64,000 bases of DNA. It comes from Methanobacteriota archaeon. GTDB lineage: Archaea > Thermoplasmatota > Thermoplasmata > SG8-5 > JAGLSY01. The position numbers and the translations under genes are program-made. A model generated the notes under the pieces. That model was not told where the DNA came from, searched no databases, and saw only the letters and a program-made list of their open reading frames with translations. The stretch covers positions 108,455-172,454 of the forward strand of contig JAEHCQ010000006.1 of the NCBI GenBank assembly GCA_020696385.1. The letters are read 5' to 3'. Below, one piece after another: positions 59,369-64,000 of this stretch (position 1 is its first letter; every line of letters begins with the position of its first letter).

Positions 59369-60169
59369 ATGGCTAGGAAAAGAAAGTTAAGTGAGGTAGA
59401 GGATTCTGAGATCTCATGCTATTATTGCAATAAGCCCATCACTGACAAAGCTATAAAGTGCCCACATTGTGGAAAGATCTTTTCTGTTGGAAAGAAAGTA
59501 ATTGCTTTTTCTATCGTCATGATCATATTGATTGCCAGCCTGGGAATTTATGCTTATAATCAATATAATGCCGTTGGCCAGGAAGGATATGACGGTGACG
59601 ATGATATAATTGGAGATGATATTATACCACCAGCTGATGATAATTCAAAGAAGATAATGATCGAGTTGAATACGATAAGAGCCCCAATAACCACGAAGAA
59701 CTTCATTGATCTTGCGAATCAAGGCAAGTACACCAATGTTCCATTCCACAGGATTATTGATGATTTCATGATCCAGGGTGGAGACTTCACCAATAAAGAT
59801 GGTACTGGAGGCCATGCTGCAGAATACCACAATGGCTTGGGAAACCCATCTGATGAGAACAGCTGGATGATACCGGATGAATTTCATCCAGAACTTACCC
59901 ATGTACGCTACGCGATCTCAATGGCAAATGCCGGAGCAAACACCGGAGGCAGCCAGTTCTTTATTGTGACAAAAGTAGGCGGAACTGACTGGTTGAACAA
60001 TGCTCACTCTGTATTTGGCATAGTGGTCGATGGATTCGAGCATGTCGATGCGATGGGTTTAGTAGCAACAGATGGTGGGGATAAACCATTGAGCCCAGTT
60101 ACATTGGATTCTGTGAAGATCACAACATCTGCCGGAAAGACATACGCTACATTGAATGTATCATATTAA
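59369..60169 (+). CDS. Membrane-anchored cyclophilin-type peptidyl-prolyl isomerase with N-terminal zinc ribbon
   Basis: CYYC..CPHCG, one TM; FHRII..FMIQGGD, SMANAG.NTGGSQFFI, WL..HSVFG. Confidence 0.92.
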   Translation: MARKRKLSEVEDSEISCYYCNKPITDKAIKCPHCGKIFSVGKKVIAFSIVMIILIASLGIYAYNQYNAVGQEGYDGDDDIIGDDIIPPADDNSKKIMIELNTIRAPITTKNFIDLANQGKYTNVPFHRIIDDFMIQGGDFTNKDGTGGHAAEYHNGLGNPSDENSWMIPDEFHPELTHVRYAISMANAGANTGGSQFFIVTKVGGTDWLNNAHSVFGIVVDGFEHVDAMGLVATDGGDKPLSPVTLDSVKITTSAGKTYATLNVSY

Positions 60170-60306
60170 TGAGCTAGTCTCAAAACACAAGCCAGTAAAT
60201 GTGGATTCGTCTGCATTTACTGCTCTATCAATTTTTACTATCATATAATATCAAATTTAAAAGTGATCTATCAAATTTAAAAATAGATTATAATAGAATA
60301 TGAAGA

Positions 60307-60609
60307 TCATTTCTCGATCTGAGACTTGCCCAGGGTAATGGCTTTGTCTTTCATGTTTATCTTTGATCTTACCGTCATGATAAGCCCTACAATGAAAGAT
60401 ATTATCAGAACTGGCCATTGATATGTCGAGTCATCAAGAATGACTATCGATGCGGCACCCACCAGAAGAAGGAAATATCCAATGTAATACGAGATACTAT
60501 TGATATTCACCGGGGTTGTGTTCTCCTTACCACAGTATATGCACCTGTTTTTTTCGAACATGGTCTTTGCAAAGGCATCATCACAATCCTGGCAATAGGT
60601 ATATCTCAT
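60307..60609 (-). CDS. Small zinc-ribbon protein with two TM helices
   Basis: MRYTYCQDC..RCIYCG then two hydrophobic segments. Confidence 0.65.
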   Translation of the reverse strand: MRYTYCQDCDDAFAKTMFEKNRCIYCGKENTTPVNINSISYYIGYFLLLVGAASIVILDDSTYQWPVLIISFIVGLIMTVRSKINMKDKAITLGKSQIEK

Positions 60610-60734
60610 ATTATCGATGAATGCATGACCTCTCTTATATTTTGTGCCAATAATATGGAATTTGCGAGAGAGATTTAATATCACAATGCTTTTTCAAGGA
60701 GCAAAATATAATTAACAATAATGCTTTCTTACAG

Positions 60735-61538
60735 ATGATGGTTCCAGCATATAAACCCGAATTCGAGCAGATATTGCACAGGTTCATAAAGGATTATTTC
60801 GCATCCAGTGGAGCTTCCGGTGTCATAATCGGATTGAGTGGTGGATTGGATTCGACCGTGATCCTGAAGCTATGTGTTGATTCGATTGGCCCGGATAAGA
60901 TCAAGGGCCTGCTACTTCCCGAGAAAAGTACTCCTGCCAGCAATATGGACGAGATCAGGGACTATGCGACCACTTTGAATGTGGCCACAAAGGATATTGA
61001 GATAACTGAGATCGTTCAATTGATCAACAGGGATCATCCAACAGATTCGAGTACGATCCTCGGTAATCTAAAGGCGAGGACACGGATGCAGTTACTCTTC
61101 CATTATGCTGGCATGGAGAACCGATTGGTCATGGGCACAAGCAATAAGAGTGAGCTTCTGACAGGTTATTATACAAAATACGGGGATGGAGCTGCAGACA
61201 TATCTCCAATAGGTGATCTTTACAAAACTCAGGTGAGAGAACTTGCTCGCAAAATAGGGGTTCCCGCGCATTTTATAGACAAAACTCCCTCGGGCGACCT
61301 ATGGGATGGGCAAAGCGACGAGGATGAACTAGGCATCTCTTATGAGGTATTAGATCGGATACTATTGGGCATAGAGATGGGGCTTGATGATAATTCGATA
61401 ATCAGAAGAACCAGGGAGACCGAGAATACCATCCTTCATGTAAGGGCTCTGGTCAAGAGATCTGTTCACAAAAGGCGTCTTGGTCTTATCCCAAAGATCG
61501 GGTTAAGAACAGTTGGTCTGGATTGGCGTGAGTATTGA
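60735..61538 (+). CDS. nadE: NH3-dependent NAD+ synthetase
   Basis: GLSGGLDS, GNLKARTRM, GTSNKSE, GYYTKYGDG, DLYKTQV, QSDEDELG. Confidence 0.96.
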   Translation: MMVPAYKPEFEQILHRFIKDYFASSGASGVIIGLSGGLDSTVILKLCVDSIGPDKIKGLLLPEKSTPASNMDEIRDYATTLNVATKDIEITEIVQLINRDHPTDSSTILGNLKARTRMQLLFHYAGMENRLVMGTSNKSELLTGYYTKYGDGAADISPIGDLYKTQVRELARKIGVPAHFIDKTPSGDLWDGQSDEDELGISYEVLDRILLGIEMGLDDNSIIRRTRETENTILHVRALVKRSVHKRRLGLIPKIGLRTVGLDWREY

Positions 61539-61646
61539 TTCTAATAAAAGTCGAATCAAACTCTTTACCTGCTGTGATTTATTACACGTTTGATAAAAAA
61601 GATGCATGCATTTCTAAAATGCACATCTTAAAAAAAAGTAAAGTGG

Positions 61647-61671
61647 AGCCAGGCCTTTGAATGGCCTGGCT
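61647..61671. terminator. Hairpin between convergent nadE and arcE-like gene
   Basis: AGCCAGGCC-7 nt-GGCCTGGCT with an A-tract on its left. Confidence 0.6.
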
Positions 61672-61695
61672 ATTCATCTATCATGGGCAAAGGGT

Positions 61696-63006
61696 TTAGA
61701 ATTTGCCCAGAACTTCTTCCAGCTTGTTGCCACCGATCTCTTCCAGTCTGTAATAGACCCTTATGATCGGTTTATTGACTGTTATGACACGTGTCAGATC
61801 AATTGGTGTACCGGCCAGTACGATGTCGCAAGGTGTTGCATTTATCGTCTCCTGGAGGTCATTGATCTGCTGATCCGAGTATCCCATTGCTGGCAGGAAT
61901 CCTGTCATGTGTGTGTACTTCTCATAGGTTTCCTTGATCGTGCCAAGTGCGTGTGGGAGGGGATCTGCCATTGAGCCTGCTCCGAACTGCTTTGCAGCCA
62001 CGGTTCCAGCCCCATAGTTCATCTCACCATGGGTCAATGTTGGTCCATCCTCAACTACCAGGACATTCTTTCCCTTGATAGCATCCACATCGTCTATAGA
62101 AACAGGGGATGCGGCGTCGATCACGATAGCATTTGGGTTCAACATCTTGGCATTCTTCCTAACGATCTCAACATTGGCTGGTTCCGCGGTCTTGATCTTG
62201 TTTATTATGACAATATCAGCCATTCTCAGATTGGTCTCTCCTGGGTAGTACAGAAGCTCGTGACCTGGTCTGTGTGGGTCAACAATGACCATCTGCAGGT
62301 CTGGCTTGTAGAATGGGGTATCATTGTTTCCGCCATCCCAGATGATTATATCTGCTTCTTTCTCAGCCTCTGCCAGGATAGCTCCGTAGTCAACACCAGC
62401 GTACACAACGATGCCCTTGTCAATGTGGGGCTCGTATTCTTCTCTCTCTTCAATAGTGCACTCGTGCTTGTCCAGGTCTGCATATTCTGCAAATCTCTGA
62501 ACCGCCTGCTTTGCCAAGTCTCCGTATGGCATGGGGTGTCTGATCGCGACGACCTTCTTTCCCTTTGCCTTCAGGATGTCTATGACCTTTCTGGTTGTCT
62601 GGCTCTTACCACAGCCAGTCCTTACTGCACATATGGAGATCATAGGTACCTTGGATGGTATCATTGTGTCTGTCGCAGAAAGAACAACAAAGTTAGCGCC
62701 AGTTGCATTGACCAGGGCTGATTTGTTCATTAATGTGACATAATTAACATCACTGTATGAGAATATCACGTCTACAATGTCATGCTCCTTGATTAAGCTG
62801 ACAGTCTCGCTCTCATCATGTATCGGAATTCCATTCGGATACAACTTCCCCGACAATGAAGGGGGATACATTCTTCCATCTATATCTGGTATCTGGGCTG
62901 CAGTGAATGCGACGACCTCATAATCCTCATTGTCCCTGTACAGAACATTGAAGTTATGGAAATCTCGACCTGCTGCGCCCATAATTAATATTTTCTTTCG
63001 ATCCAT
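61696..63006 (-). CDS. arcE: COG2403 P-loop protein (cyclic 2,3-diphosphoglycerate synthetase-like), probable arginine synthetase
   Basis: GAAGRDFHNFN, QIPDI.GR.YP, RTGCGKS, RHPMPYG, TIEEREEYE, WDGGNND, EDGPTLTHG. Confidence 0.75.
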   Translation of the reverse strand: MDRKKILIMGAAGRDFHNFNVLYRDNEDYEVVAFTAAQIPDIDGRMYPPSLSGKLYPNGIPIHDESETVSLIKEHDIVDVIFSYSDVNYVTLMNKSALVNATGANFVVLSATDTMIPSKVPMISICAVRTGCGKSQTTRKVIDILKAKGKKVVAIRHPMPYGDLAKQAVQRFAEYADLDKHECTIEEREEYEPHIDKGIVVYAGVDYGAILAEAEKEADIIIWDGGNNDTPFYKPDLQMVIVDPHRPGHELLYYPGETNLRMADIVIINKIKTAEPANVEIVRKNAKMLNPNAIVIDAASPVSIDDVDAIKGKNVLVVEDGPTLTHGEMNYGAGTVAAKQFGAGSMADPLPHALGTIKETYEKYTHMTGFLPAMGYSDQQINDLQETINATPCDIVLAGTPIDLTRVITVNKPIIRVYYRLEEIGGNKLEEVLGKF

Positions 63007-63176
63007 TTCCTCACCTTATCAAGGGGAAACAACAGGATGAATATAATGCTTAGGATGGTAAGGGATAATATATTGAGATTCAAGGCTCAATAGTTTGTTC
63101 ATGTTTTGAAAACCCAAGTAAAATTATTATATATGAGAGCTGTATTTCCGACCAAGCCAAAGAGTGAGAAATATTG

Positions 63177-63229
63177 GCTCCTGTAGTGACAGTGCCTCGG
63201 CAAAGCCGAGCCCTCTACACCACAGGAGC
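63177..63229. repeat. Hairpin built from direct and inverted copies of the tRNA-Glu 5' end
   Basis: 63177-63188 equals tRNA nt 1-12; 63214-63229 is the reverse complement of tRNA nt 1-16 with one mismatch. Confidence 0.7.
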
Positions 63230-63253
63230 TCAGATGACTCATCAATGGCATAT

Positions 63254-63328
63254 GCTCCTGTAGTGTAGACCGGCCAATCATTCAGGGTTTTCGACCCTGT
63301 GACTCGGGTTCGAATCCCGACGGGAGCA
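63254..63328 (+). tRNA. tRNA-Glu (anticodon TTC), no intron, CCA not encoded
   Basis: Acceptor GCTCCTG/CGGGAGC, anticodon arm CAGGG-TTTTCGA-CCCTG, T-loop GGTTCGAATCC. Confidence 0.96.
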
Positions 63329-63341
63329 TTAAAGTACTGGC

Positions 63342-64000
63342 CTAACGCATGATTCCCCTCGATTGGGGAATCAGCGTTTCTCTTTCGGCCATTACTTGAC
63401 TCATCAGATCCATCTTGTTCTCTTCGATTGCTCCCACATACATTAGGAACGTCTCTTCGTTTGAATGACCTGATATCGCCATTGCAGTCTGAATGGGCTC
63501 TCCCGACTTCTTGCAAGCCAGGTACAGCTCTCGACAGGCCATCCTCCTTATCATGTGAGAAGTCAGATGAATCCCAGCTCTCCGGCCACATATCCGAAGA
63601 TATTTCGCCATCGTGCTCTTGCTCATTGATCCCATTGTATTGGTCATTGACCAAATAAACAAACGATCCGGGATCGTTGCTTGGGGATTGTTCGCAAGAA
63701 CTCTCATTATCTGAGCTTGCCTCCAGGCGATGTATTGCTGGAACATGGCATAATCCTGGGGCCGGATAGGTACTATCCTCTGCTTTTCTCCAGATCGGCC
63801 TTTGTCCTTCAACAATACATAAGTCGGGTGAATGTCCTCCGGGAGAACGTTGATAGCTGCTTTCCTTCGAGCAGTCAGCCCGAAGAACAACAGCAAGGTT
63901 GCTCCCACGATATCCACAGAATCGTAAGCACATTGCATTATCAAAGCGTAATCCTCTGATGATATCCTTGGCCTCGATGGGATCTGATCCGGCCAGACCA
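63342..64000 (-). mobile_element. Tyrosine recombinase/integrase (C-terminal part) of an element integrated at tRNA-Glu; truncated by window
   Basis: R (LTARR), K (KDKG), HxxR (SHMIRR), H (SGHS), Y (LMYV) in canonical order; ends 13 nt from the tRNA 3' end; frame open to window end. Confidence 0.85.

Noticed and set aside
63231-63246. TGATGA..CTGA on the minus strand as a C/D box sRNA
   Set aside because: Boxes only 5 nt apart, with no second box pair or guide region
63127-63933. 268-aa minus-strand ORF
   Set aside because: Alternative frame of the integrase running antisense through the tRNA; no motifs
1-64000. CRISPR array, rRNA or replication origin
   Set aside because: No regularly spaced direct repeats, rRNA-like tract, cdc6 gene or ORB repeats seen

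Overview
Archaeal chromosomal segment, most likely an anaerobic, peptide-fermenting member of the Thermoplasmatota. The placement rests on aIF2beta-TRAM, MCM-DUF424-NMD3, PurP, a presenilin homolog, GGTGA Shine-Dalgarno sites and giant extracellular subtilases. Left to right: a fused-permease/two-ATPase ABC importer with DUF47 and PhoU; an archaeal porGD-A-B operon next to a single-chain NifJ-type PFOR; sepF, a phosphoesterase, presenilin, aIF2beta, rtcB, HPS-RraA and cysS; a four-gene run with two surface proteins, a membrane-anchored coiled-coil ChlI-type AAA+ ATPase and a stand-alone ChlI paralog; nmd3, DUF424, mcm, glmS, glmU; a divergent GlcD/GlcF-like pair; two divergently transcribed giant S8 proteins (one intact, one lacking the catalytic Ser); a longin-like plus V4R-like pair; xpd, purP, AIM24, a cyclophilin, nadE and an arginine synthetase (ArcE) homolog; then tRNA-Glu(UUC) and a tyrosine integrase cut by the window edge. 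Best leads: the membrane-tethered ChlI AAA+ operon, the 3096-aa pseudo-protease scaffold, two families of dispersed structured intergenic elements resembling IS200/IS605 ends or omegaRNAs, the longin-V4R pair, and several small translational oddities. All family assignments come from motif recognition by eye; no database searches were run.
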